From Raillietiella orientalis (lineage: Eukaryota), in NCBI GenBank assembly GCA_036172245.1, contig JAYWIR010000061.1:1-64000 (forward strand): DNA of 64,000 nt, given 5' to 3'. Made by a program: the position numbers and the translations under genes. Shown piece by piece: positions 36,518 through 49,229 of this stretch; position 1 is the first letter of the stretch; each line of letters begins with the position of its first letter. Under the pieces are notes generated by a model. That model worked only from the letters and a program-made list of their open reading frames with translations. It had not been told where the DNA came from and ran no database searches.

Positions 36518-39500
36518 AAAGCGGAAAAGACTGTTCTCCATGAACTGCTGACTGTCTGCATGATGGCGGGAGGACGTAATTACAGGCAATACACACCATT
36601 TAGATGTGCACATGTGAAAACTCTCTTCACGGATTTTTTTTTTTTCTGTCAAGAATAATACATAAGTAATAAGTCCATGAAAATCTGTTTATTGTTCATC
36701 TTATTTTAGGCACTGAGAAATAACTCATGTGTACCATGCCTCATGTATACACGAGGCCTGATAGGATGAAAGTAGCACAGGAAACGATGTATGCCACCGA
36801 TATGTTTAATCACATTGCATGAAGCATGTAGATGTATTAAATAAATCTGTGTTGAATGTTCAATCTTGTGCTACGAACGGGTATTTAACACAGATGTATC
36901 TAAAAATGTAATAAATGTTCAGTTAGCCGATCCTTGTGCCGACGTCCCTGTAGCCCGAGTTTGATTACTCGCGAGACGCTTTCCAGCCGAAAGAGTCCCT
37001 CCTTGCAGATACAGCATGCGCGTGCTGTTAATTAAATCCTTAGACAGCGCATCGCTTATTAATAACATCAGACTTTAATATAAAATGCCTACTCCCGTAC
37101 GTAGGAGATCAGAGTGATGGAAGTGGTGATGAAATCTTATGGAAACGCAAGTCTATAAGTCAGTAAATGAAAACACATGTTATGGAATTCCAGTAAGATT
37201 ACCTAATTAGTCGATTCAGCATGCAGTTATGTATGTGTGTGTGTTTTTTTTTCTTTTAGATTGGCTGAGATAACCGAGCTTAAGGCTCGAGCTGATGAGC
37301 GTTGTGATGTTCAAACATGCTTCGCAACGTTGCGAAGCATGAACCAACGCAGAGATTTGCCCACTCCAAGGAAATGCATCGGCATGCGTCCTCATTCACC
37401 TATTCTAGAAATGAAGCTAGTAGGGATGAAAACCGAAAAGCATGTACAAGAGAGCTCAGCGTGACGACAGGATAGCGAATGCTTCGAAATCCCGGATCGA
37501 CTGCTTCTCAACGACTGGACGCAGGCAGTGTCGGTGCCACAGCCATTGGACAAGTGCACTTGGCCAGGAAAATCACCAGGGCTCTTCCTCCCTCTTGCAC
37601 AATCCCAACCTCAAGAGCATCCAGCAGTAGGTTTCGTGGGTACTCCATACACCGGCGAATCGGTGGCAGCTGCCTTCAATTTTTCAACGGAATCCCCGTG
37701 AACGAGCAAAGAGGGAAAGTTTCCGTGGCAGCTCACCTGTATCTCGACACGAGATCTGTCATGCTCCGGAAAGTTCAACACAAAGGCAGATTCCCTGATC
37801 CGGAATGCTGCCGATATTTCATCTCTTGATCCCATGGAAACTACATCACGGAAACGGGGCTGAAGATCCTATCTCAGTAGGAGACCTACGGAATTTAAGG
37901 TGCTCTGCCCCAGAGAAGAATAAAACACGCTATAGTCTCTAAGAAACCATTTAACGTGTGTTCTTATTAAGCAAAGTATGTGCATACAAACATCATTCAT
38001 AATTGTGGATATTTTTCAAGAGATTTGAGCACGAAGACATAAGGCGGCTGAAAGAATCTTCTACCTGCTTTCGAATTTCTTCTGGTAAGATGAGATTCAG
38101 CATGTGTTCCCGATAGTCCACACTCGTAACTGGAAGCAACGATCTGCTGACTTGAAAGATGTGAGGCGCACAGCTTCCTAGACCGAAAGTCCTTTTTCGC
38201 TGATGAAATTAGCACATTGGTGACTTCACAACATGTCATGTGCGCAACAGGTCACGTTAACCGCTCGTTAGTCGGCCGCCGTCGATTTGAATAACGGAAT
38301 AACCTGCATGTTGTTACCAACTTCGGCCGGGCTACCATTTCTTCCAGGAACATCAGGGGCAGAACGCTTTCAAGCTTGGTGTAAGCGTGCATTGGGAATT
38401 CAGTCAGAATTTGTGGTCACCACCCCATGTTGGTGTGTTTCCCAAAGGTGACAGGGGACAAAGGCATTGGGACACTCTTCGAAACAATTTAAGACGCATT
38501 CAGAAAATTGCAGAGATCCTCCAAGAGTGGAACAGCGATGATGGCTGGGGTCCATTTGGTCTACAGGTCATTGCCTACCTTGTCCCGGTTGCATCAGCCA
38601 TTTCTTCAAGTCCAGAACACTCACGCGCACACATGCGAAAGAAGTGACTTATCCTATTGCCCTCAAGACTGTTTACTCCAATAATCCCTAAGTGATTCAA
38701 GGATTAAGAAAAATGTATGCTTCACGCTCCAAGACGACACGTGCTAGGTTTCGTGCTCAGCGTTCTGATTGCGTTCCTCAGCTCGGAGAGGATGGTACCA
38801 TTCCGTGCTGTCTCCCACCTCCTTCGGCATCTACTTGAAGCACGCACCATCGAAGAAAAATTCAACTGACCACCGGTCCACTTTGAGAGCGATCTAGGTT
38901 TTCGATCCGCCATCTTTTTTTTTTGTTTGTTGTTCCCGGTTGCTGGCATCTTTGTTGCCTTGACACTGACTGCTACACCTCACTGCATTTCGACATGTCT
39001 CTATCGACTGAGGAGAGTCCTTTGGAGAAGTCTGAGTTCCTCGGGTGTTCCGAACTTCCGGCATGCTCTCTATGATCACGCCTTTCCGGTCTCCGCTAGA
39101 CATTCCGGAAACCGCGTTCATCCTAGCAACCACCCTCTCCTAGTATCCCGACATTCTAACGAACGCAATATGCTCTGTTCCTGTCAGGGTTTTTACCCTC
39201 TTTCTACCAATCTTCCTTCCCTTTTCTTTCCACGATCTCCCTCAGCGATCATAAAGGCCTTTCTGAACAGCATGTTAATTATAGGTCTCATCCGTTGGCA
39301 CATTTCATCGCAACTGCCTTTGTTTCCGGTGACGCTTTGTGGCGGTGATAAACGTTGACCCTTCTCGCTGAAGAGGAGCATCGCGCTGATATTCGACTTC
39401 ATTCGTCAAATCCACTCTCTTTCACCCCCAACTCACCAACATACGTACTGGGGGCGAGACTTCTCCTGATGAAAGCTTCCTGGTGAAGAAAGGTCGCGGC

Positions 39501-40514
39501 GGTGTCTTTGGCGTGAGATCCGTTGTGGCCTGCTAACGGTTGCTGTTGGGCTGCAGGTCAGGAAAGGACCACCGCGGACGAGCAGGTCGGGAACCTGATT
39601 CGTGCGCGAGCTGACCACACGGTCTCCGGTCAAGCATCGTGTCAGCAAACCGTCCTTGTTGTGCCCGCTTCCAAGAGCTTCGCTCCTCCTTTCTTGTGCA
39701 CTCAGGATTTGCCATCTTCCTCGCACATGTGAGCTGCAGCCTCCGTTTGAAGTCTCTTGCCTCTTCGGAAGGCAGAGGCGTGTTCCCACGGGTGCACGGG
39801 GAAAAGAGAGGGAGGATGATTCCGCTGATCTCGACTGGCACTTTGCATCTTCTGAAAATTCAGGCTCATTACAAAGTTCCCTGGGAACCCCGTCATTCCC
39901 TGTCTGGCGAAAAATTTCACAGGTTCGAAGATTCCGCCATGGTGTCAAAGGTCACTTCTCCGGATCCGTTTTGCGTACGATTCGAGTCCCGAAGTGACCT
40001 CGCGAGGGTGAGGATGAAAAAACGGGAGCTACAGGAAAGCAAGCAGCTCACATTCAGTTTCTTTGGACGCTGCTGCTGAGGAAGAGAGGGGCATACTCAT
40101 GCACAAGGAACAAAAGGCTCAAAGTCGCTCCGCTCTAGGCATGCCCTAGGCAACCCCCACTTCCGATCACACTTATTCTGAGGACGGCGGCGAATGCTCT
40201 TTCCCGCATCTAGGAAGACTACAGGAGAAACCAGCAAGCACCCTGAATACAGTACTGACGAGAGGAAGATATCTGGTGTTCCATTGTTCATAGCTGGTGT
40301 ATACTCCTGTGTTGATCTTCAAGAAGATTGCGGAGAATGTCTTCAAGAAGGCATCCCTTCCCAGTGCCGCGAGCACCTTACCCACAAGACAAGGGACGTC
40401 CAGCGACTACAAGACTCGTGTAACAACTGTTGTCATGCCTGGATTTGTTTTGCAAAGAATGCCTATCGTATGTTTATTTATGCAAGAAACTTTCTTGCGA
40501 TACCTTCCTATCCT

Positions 40515-41060
40515 GGATTGACGTTTATTTGACAGGAATGAATAAAAATTCTGTGCGGTGAGGGAAGGACCACGATTTTGCCGGCATGAAACAAAAGGGA
40601 CCGACCTCTCTGGGGACAGAACTAGGGGACAGGGGAGGACCACTCTCACGGCGAGGCACGTGGCTCCCAAGAGTCTGTGTGAGATAGTGGGGAGGGGGAC
40701 GGGAAGGGGATGCGTGACCCTACCCACAACCCTTCGAAGGTTGGCCCTCTTGCACTTTACTCCCAGATTGGGTTGTTTTCGTTCCCTTCCCAAGGCGGTG
40801 ACGGGAGGCTGCGAACGGTTCATCGGGACGACGGCCGCACCCTTCCTCCGCCATGGGGATCACGGTCGCGCGCACAGAGGCAGAGGATCGTCCAGAGAGG
40901 AGGAAACCGGAAGCCTTCGAGAGATGCGGCTCCATCCCTGGAGCAGTCTCCGGCACTCAAGCAGCACATGAGGTAGTGCTGCCACCATCCTGCAGTGGGA
41001 GCACCCTCCAGCCACTCTGCCCGCTGATTCGTGGCGGCGTTCTTCGCGTCGAATAGGAGA
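40515..41060 (-). mobile_element. Divergent LINE 3' fragment (copy 6)
   Basis: Minus frame GCSHCRMVAALPHVLLECRRLLQGWSRI has the same CxxC..HxxxxC..WSRI pattern as copy 1. AATAAAC lies on the minus strand at about 40523-40529. Confidence 0.6.
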
Positions 41061-43209
41061 CCAGGAGGGCAGAGCAGGCTGGCTGCAAGATGGTGACGAG
41101 GAGAAAGGACGGATACGCCGACCAAGTAGTCCGGGGTCTCGATGTCTCTTCAGTCTTTCGAGAAAATCGGTCTACTTTTGCTGTCCCCGAGAGAGGTCCC
41201 TGAGGCGTGGCTTCGTTCACCAGCCAAGGCGTTTGCCTTGGCTGGTGAACGAAGTTTCCATCGAGTGGGCACCTTCCTCTCTGAGGTGTGGGCGACAGCA
41301 GGTTCCTCCGCCTGGATCTTTGAGCACGGAGAACCCATCGCCCACCTAAGATGATCGATTCTTCCTCTCCTTCGATTGAGCATCACGCGCCCTCCCACTT
41401 CCCAGTGTTCTCTGTATGAAATCCAAAACTCCCGCAAAACACATCCACGAGGGACCGATGAAATCCGCCCGCATTTGCTTGTCGTCTTCTCTGGAACCAG
41501 CCTTTGCTCGTTCAACCTACGGGACTGCCGATCACATCCTCCTCATTTCAGTGTTTACGAAATCGCATGCTGCCGGTTCGTTTCTTTTTTGACGTGAGTT
41601 TCTCGACGATCCTCTGATGAATATGGAATGCAAAGAGTTCAAAAGAAGACTTCCGCCTTTGTGTCGGTGAAACTACCGCGCGACGGAACTCACACTTCTT
41701 GCATCATCCGACATTCAAAGGAACCACGTCCAGGTTCACTCTTTCTCACTTGCTGTACATAATGCACTACGGAGGATTCTTTCCGAGATGCTATCCTTTT
41801 GCTTCTGATGAACCAGCATCAGTGGAACCAGGCTTTCTTTGGGAATGCGTGCAGCTCTGGAACGAGTCCTGAGCACAGAAGGGAGGCACTTTCCTGAGTC
41901 ACGTTCTACTTTCCACTGCAGATCTGCGTGCTCCTTGCTGTGGTTCTCTGCAGGCACTCTTTAAGTGGCTTCCCAGGTTCGTTGGGGAGCAGTGGATAAG
42001 GGAGCTCGACCAAAGCTGAAGCAAGTGGCGGGGATGATACGCAGAGGAAGTCGAAGGGTTGCGATTTCCACAGGCTCTCTTCCCGATCGACTCTCGACCG
42101 CTGTCCCGGAGAGCATGCCATCCGGCTGCCTGCTCCCACACACACCTGATGATAGATGGCGCTTCAAGTTCTCAGGCCGAGACCGCCCGCTGCTCTCTGA
42201 GATGCTCCCGCCGGGACTGCAAGCGGTCTGGACACCGACGCCGTTCACCCGAGCTCTTCTGTTCCGGGGAGTCAACCTAGCGGAAGCATTTCATCGCCAG
42301 CGATGACTGAGCCACGAGAAGAGTGGTCGCACATGCGGAGCAATTCCTGGTGCGTCGAAAGCATTCCCTGGCCCGAGCTACCCATGGAAACTTGGGCGCA
42401 CCAACAAATTCGATCCTTCCGATGGAACTGGGGATTTCAGAGGATAAACAAAACAGATCTCATCACATCGGAAGCAGCAGCTCGTTTTTTTTATGATGTA
42501 ATTTCCTGAACTTACGCATGTGAAAAGTTCGTGCGCTTGCGCATTCGGATGGCAACAACGGCGAGAGCATCCAGTGGAATGCATGCGGTGGACATCCGCA
42601 ATCAAGAAATCAGCCGACTAATGCTCTCCAACACCATCTTCACCAGCCCTGAAGATCGGCACGATTTTCTCCATTTCGATTCGCGCACCTCAGTACGTGC
42701 ATCCTTCGTTCTGTCACGGAACGAAGAACTCGCGGAAGGATGCTTCGAGAAGTTGTGCCTATTTGCTACTTAGAAAATATCCCCTACGTTTGATGGAAAT
42801 GATTCATGCATCCACAAAGGATGCCTGGATGCTGAGCTGTCCAGAGGGAATTCGCCTGCTTTGCCTTTGCTCCAAGAGGCCGGCTTCGGTCTCTGAAAAA
42901 TCATGCATCTGCACGTTCGTCCTGTAGCTTTCCAGAATGTTTCATCAAAAGAGGGAATCTGTTCGCCTCACCTGGATCGATTACTCCCAGGAAGTTCGCT
43001 TCAGCCTCTTTCGCAGATACCAAAGCTGCGATTCGAGCTCACCGGAGGCAGCAGACGATTTCAGCAACTTCCTCATAGAAAGAGATGGAATCTGCTTGCA
43101 TAGTTGTCCACAGAGTTTGCTAGAGCAGAGAACAGCAAAAGCAAAACAATCTCTTATTCAAAAACTAATATTAGCAGATTAGCAGTTCGAGACAGGGTAA
43201 ATGGCAGAA

Positions 43210-44330
43210 ATCGTGTCCCGAGCGTCGCGGGTTCAAATCCCGTCCGGGGAAGGATCGACTCCGAGAAAAGAGTGCGACGTGGGTTTACGAACCCCCCTCC
43301 CCGCAGGATGATGCTGGTTGGCCTATAGGCTACCGGTGTGGCACTGGTTGACACTCGGTCACGCCGAGATGTTTATTTATAAAATAAACACAAACGTCTG
43401 AGGTAGGACGTTTGATCCTTCCACGTTACTTATGCGAGAAGGAACCTGCCGGGGTCTAGCACGCAGGTCAGCCGGGTTCGCCTCGGCAGCACAGGAAAGG
43501 AGGATACAAACAAAAAGAAAAAAAATAAAACAAAAAACATACAGTCAAAAAAGATGGGGAGAGGGAGGTTCTGGAAGGGTTGGAGGGTGTCCTCTGCATC
43601 CATGTAAGGATGCCGGAAAGTTCTTGTTTTATGGTTTATAGATGGGGCCATCTTGACGTTGTCCTCATGATGAGGACAGCAAAGTAGATGGCGTCCCTGT
43701 CGTTCTAGCGTCCTCTGGCATTGCTCCATGAGGCTACGATCCCGCGTGGACAGCACAGTACTGCTGGGGATGAGGCCGGCACGAGGACTATCGCGCAGGA
43801 AGAGGCGTTTTCAAACGTCTCTGGCGTTGCCACCGGGGTTTCAAGGGTCCCGGCAAAGCATCCCCAAAGGGGCTGGAGGGCAACACAGTCCACTAGGAGG
43901 TGAGGGAGGGATTTCCACTCCTCGCAACGTGCATAGGAAATTTCGACAGTAACCACCCATCTAGCCGTAAGGCTGCTGCCCATGTGCTCCCTAAGGAAGG
44001 GCAACGTGGCGGCGAGGAAGGTGTGGCACTGGCGAAAGTTGGAAGTCGGAAACCGCCGTTGACTGGCCGGGATTGAAAGTGGATCTTTCGGGGTCCTTCC
44101 GGGAATCAAGAAGCCGGTTTCCCTCGGGATCCTCCTTCCAGTTTTGAAGGGGAACCGTACATCTCGTACCATGGGGAAGTTGATGGAATGATACCTCTCC
44201 AGGGTTTCAAGAAGCGCGGTGCTCCCTTCGGATTTTTTTTCAGAGGACGAAACAAGGAGCGGTTTTCTTGCGGGTTCCCTCCGGAGAAGAAATGAAGAGT
44301 GACCCCCTCTGGGGTTCCTCCTTATCCTTA
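43210..44330 (+). mobile_element. Repeat family B copy (43210-43321 plus 44038-44330) interrupted by a LINE
   Basis: GCGGG-TTCAAAT-CCCGT T-arm at 43227-43243, then GGGGAAGGATCGACTCCGAGAAAAGAGT matching the 17 kb copy. The body resumes at 44038 at the point where it stops at 43321. Confidence 0.75.
43322..44037 (-). mobile_element. 5'-truncated LINE copy 7, inserted antisense into family B with candidate TSD GTTGG
   Basis: YARCEEWKSLPHLLVDCVALQPLW..AVLCCPRGIVASW; 3' end AATAAAC-ATCTCGG-CGTGA-CCGAG-TG; GTTGG at 43317-43321 and 44038-44042. Confidence 0.88.
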
Positions 44331-44829
44331 TCTCACTGCGTCTAATGTTTGGTACGTTTAGACGGGAAAGGGTGAGAGTGTCTTGGAATAGGTATCGCTT
44401 TCCTGGAATCGAGTTCCTGTGGTGCAAGCGCAAGAGTGTTTCCGTCGCCACCGTACCTTTGTATCGGCATCTGCATGAAGTGTTGTTTTCTCGGAAGTAA
44501 TTTGCCCTGAGGCGGTCATATGGCTTGATTTGATACGGATGCGCTCGACCTTACCTGTGAAGTAAACGATTTGAGCATTACGCGTGTATCTCAATTAGTA
44601 TTTCGCGTTCTTCAGCTTCCAGTTTGTGGGTCCGGGATTCCAAAGAGATCCCATCTCCTCCTGCATGTGATTTACGCTAGATGACTGTCTATCGGTTTGC
44701 TTCTCAGACTCCCGAAGGACTCCCACGAGTGACTGCTGAGCCACAGCTTCTCGAAAAAAAACTCCCATTTTGTGTGTGTGCGTGTTCGTTTTCACATCCT
44801 AAGTAAAATTAGCAGATTCAAAGGATGGG

Positions 44830-45380
44830 AAACAGAGTGAGGACTGCGTAAGATGACTACGAGTGGCTATCGTAGTCCTCAAAGATCATCCCATATGCGC
44901 TTGACTTGGGAGGTTCTTAAAATTTATGACGGTCCCCGGGTTGAATTTTATTCGTATCCAGGATCTCTCTTTGTAAGCAACTGGTTTCCCTACAAATGTA
45001 GAATAGACGGATCCACATAGAAGGATGTAGGTGGATGTGGAAAGAACTGCATCGATCAAAAAGCTTGCACCATGGTGAACGCCTGCAACTACGTGGCGGA
45101 CCATTCTTTCCACCTCTTCCGGAAACTGGCTTGTGTTCCTCATGCCCTTCTAGGAGACACCGGAGGCACTTGTGTGTTGCTGGGGATTCTTTAACGAGAC
45201 TACAAAAGATATGAGTAACTTAGATGGTCTGCATTGAATGGGCTCAGGAGGAATGCCGATTCTATGCGACTGTCTATGGAATTTTAGAGAAGGCTGCCCA
45301 ATTTTTCGAACTTGGATTTTGTATACTTTGCTCTTAGGGCATTTTGAGCTTGTTTTCTTCTGATGTTTCAATGCACCGAT
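44830..45380 (-). pseudogene. Possible stonustoxin/verrucotoxin-like (MACPF-type) fragment
   Basis: RHVVAGVHHGASF..STFVG..NPGT..FKNLPSQ, then in a shifted frame YAVLTLFPI. This resembles the SNTX-family motif order THVV.GI.YGA / C.FYGD..NP.TF....LP / AVP..V.L.PL, but spacing is shorter than expected. Confidence 0.27.
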
Positions 45381-48300
45381 CGTTACAAGGCAACACGTGA
45401 GAGTTAGAAAATGCCTATTAGGTGTGCATCGCCCACTGGTTGGGAAATCATTAAAGGAGCCACGCTAACAGAACGTGGAATTGGCGACCAGAAAAAAGAA
45501 AAATAGGAAAAGAGACTCAGTGGTTGCACGGCGCACAGTTTCGAGGACAGAGGAAAAGTGGTCTTTTGCGGGAGACAAAGTATAATATGGGTTCAGGAGA
45601 GCAGTTTGTAGTTTCTCTGGGGTGCTGCTTCTGTGATTGGAAGAGCCAATCATGCTGCTGGGCAGAATAGTAGTCGCTGGTGCTGGAGAGTATCAAATAC
45701 GCTTGAGCTCCAGCTCTCCTCTAGCGCGAACTCTGGTCCGGTGGTCATATTCGGTTTCGGTTCGTGAGTTGAAGGTGAATTCCTCCTGAGGTGATGAGGA
45801 CGAAACCTGCAGCCCTCATAAGCGTCGCGATAAGATGCTTGCTATTTCCAAGGAGCACAGGAGATGCTAAGTCGATCTGTCCTGTGCTCATGATGTAGCA
45901 GGTCCCGTTTCTTTCGTCATGATTCTCTTTCCCTGGGTCAAAGGAAGAGTGCTCTTGAGCAAAATCTCGAAGGTTCTGCATCTGGCCCCCTCCGCGGCAG
46001 TTGCATGTACATGGGAGCCTCCATTCCGGGAGGAAACTACGAAGAACCGTGGAGACTATTTTTTCAGCAGAGACTCTTTGGATGGGCCCACAGTTTTCCT
46101 TAGTTGCTTTGCGTCGCTCCTCCTCTGCTTCTGTCCTCTGTCTGCGCCGTGCCTTTTCAGTCATCAGCTTTGCGAAGCTGGAATGACGATGACAATCCAT
46201 GATCGCGATCGCAGGTTCAATCCGCGCCTTCCGTCTGCTCTTGTTCAGGCTGAGCGCATTGAGGAATCCTTGGATCCGCGTGGCTCGCCTCCTCCTGACA
46301 CGGCTACGGATGCTTCGATTTTATTTTTCTTTCTCTTGTGAGTAATTTGTGTGTTCCAGTGTCATCCTGCGACTCCGAATGGGCGAAGTGGAGAAAAGGT
46401 TTTGATTTATTTTCTGGGAAATTGAACGTCCTCCCTTCCCGAGCAGTCCCAATTAAAATGACTCCTCGCTGCTAGGGGAAGGAGTTGAGTTGCTTCTATT
46501 TGCTCCTCCCGCAGTTTATTTTTGTGTTGCATTTTTATTTTAGAGCACATGTGTCCTCAAGTGGGAAGTGCTGGAAAAAGCAGAGGAAAGGAAGAAGGAA
46601 GGAAGGAAGGGGGGGAGGAGAAAAAAAACGCGCACTCCCGCAAGCGGCTCGGAGGGGAGCATCAAAATAAGGAAATAGCGCCGCTTGGTGAGCGTCCCAA
46701 TCCGTGAACGATGATCCAGATGACATTTCGCGTCAGGAACGTTCTGCGATTCCTTGTCACGTGAACGAGGAGTGAGCAAAGGATGTGCGAGGCAGCCGGT
46801 CTCTACCGAAGCACCTATTAGGAGACGCCGAGCATCTGGAAGCAGAAGAGCCTGACCAGCTTGATGTTCCTCTTGCGCAGCACTCATACAGGAGAGAGAG
46901 AGTGCCTTTCCTGTGTGTGTGCCTCTAAAAGGGAGACAGAACTGGTACTTCTTCTTCCCACGTTCTTTTCTCGCTTCCAAGCGATTTTCAAAGCAGATGA
47001 GGACACTCACTGTATCTTCAGCATCCATGAGCTGATTCCTGTTGCCTTCCTCGACTACTGATGTTCTAAAAAGCAGTCGCGCTGTGCTGACTTGCACTTC
47101 GGTTCGAATTCCGAGGTCACTTATACTTGGCACCCACAGTTTTTACGACTAATGTCTCGCATGGATCATTTGCAATTGCAGTGAAAAATGGGGTGCGTAG
47201 TGTACCCTGGAGGCACGGAAGGGAAGTGGAGTGGGGAAGGGGGAAAAAAGTCATGGGACGGGGCTACTTAGGGAAGATCGTTCACTCTTTCCATGAATTT
47301 TCTAAAACTGCATGAGAGAGTTGGTGTGACGAGAACACCCGAGTGAGTCTGGGTTTGAAGCTCTTACCCTGTGAGGCATGACTTGGGTGGCGAACGAATC
47401 GTCCACACCGAGCATTTCAGGTGACTGTTTTTTTGTGGTTTTGTAAGATTTCAAAGGACCTTCTTTTTGTTCAAACGTCGGCTTCTTCCCTATCCCAGAG
47501 ATTGGCACTGCAGGAGTAAACAGAAAAAACTGCTGACTCCTGCTCACTGAGAACGCAAGGAGACAGATGTTCCTTCACTTGACTCTTTCATCCATGCCTT
47601 AAAAAATTGCAACTCTGTCTCTCTCTCAGTACCCAGCTCCTGGCGCGCTAGAGGAATTGCTTTTCCGAATTGGCCTTCTAACTGTGCACAGATGGTCAGT
47701 CTAAGAAAAAATGCACCCATCTTTGCAAGGCGTCTAGTCAGAGCAGGGGAAAAAGGACAAATATCCGATGGAGTGGAGCTTCATTGTCTTCTGGATTGGA
47801 TCTGCCTTGGAGCTTCCTAGAAATTCTTCTGCCGCCAACTCTTCGAGCAGAAGTTAAAGGAAGTCTCTGACGGGGAATGCCATTGGATATACACCAAACG
47901 GGGCGATGGAGAAGGTCTAGCACCACCTCCTCCCCTGAGTAGCAGTGCACGCTCCCTGTCTCTGGGTGGTGTTGGTGATGTCCTCTGATGGTCGCCAGCT
48001 ATCAGATCGTCCACACTGTGAGGAATGTCCACCACTTCTGACTCGCTTTCTGGGTGGTGAAGGTTTCGACACTTTCTGAAAAAGGATGTGCTCTTCCGTG
48101 TTGTTTCCCTTCATGACAGTAGTGAATCTCTCGCCGCCAGCAGCAGCAGAACATTAGCAGTAGTCCCTCAACACTAACTAAGGAGACCTATAAGAAGAGC
48201 AGTGCCGAGCTTCCAATGTTCTCCGCCGTTCCTGCGGAGTCTAGCGCTCTTCCACCACCAAGGAAGTCTCCATCGGTCATGTTCCCTTGTAGTTGCGACA

Positions 48301-49229
48301 ACTACTGCATTCCACGGATGCAGTTAGATCAAGGCAGCAACAGCTAGTCACAGTTTTGCCCCCAGAGTCGACCAAGTCTCAAGCAGAGGGTTGTCCGAGT
48401 GCTTCAAAGAGGACAGCAAGCATTAAAGCACACGCTCCTGGATTGCATCGGTGATCTCAAGGGTGACCTTTGTTTTAAAAACTGAATGTCCTGTCATGAG
48501 CAAATCTCCTTTAAAGCGACACTCAACCCGTAGAGGGGTGTACGGCTTCCATAGGTGCATCCTGCACAGCATCATTTAAAAATAACAATATGAAAATTTC
48601 TTCTGTGCTTCCTAGTGAGTGTTGGAGATGGCTCGGGCCATTGGACTCAGTGTTACAAGACATTCTGCCTCGTAACACTGAGGGCTGATTTCATGGGAGT
48701 ATCTTGGTCTCTGTGCGCTTGTTTGTTTCCAAGATCCTCTGTTTTGGTTCTAAGGGCCGGAAAAGAAGATTGGTTGCAACATGAAAACGTTGTAACCGTC
48801 GACTGTTGTAACTGTAAATCAAACTTGTCGACTGCGTCTGTTACAAAAAAAAAAAAAAATGCCATGAGGAGCGATTCCAACCACAAGTCCTTGTTGACAG
48901 ATTAAGATTTAAAGTCATCCTTGCCGAATAGTTGCAGGAGGTTCAAGAAATTAAAAGGTTTCTCCAAAACGTTCAAGAGCCATCAGAATCTGGATGGAGG
49001 AAATAATTGAAGGAGAATAATTGTCTTTCTCATGGAACGAGGATGGTCTGCTTTCGTTTTGTGTCTGGAAAACTTTGCAGCCCTCCACCGTAGCATTCCA
49101 CTTTGAGATGTTTTACTTTGGACAGGCTTATAAGAAACGTGTGATCCTCAGAAAGAAAAAGAATTGAAGTGGACACTGCTTTGGAAAAAACACACACACC
49201 ACCAAAGCCATGAAAGTAACATTCTGCTC

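Noticed and set aside
45788..45820. Hammerhead-like GTGATGAGGACGAAAC
   Set aside because: It lacks the conserved C of CUGA and has no stem III/NUH cleavage site.
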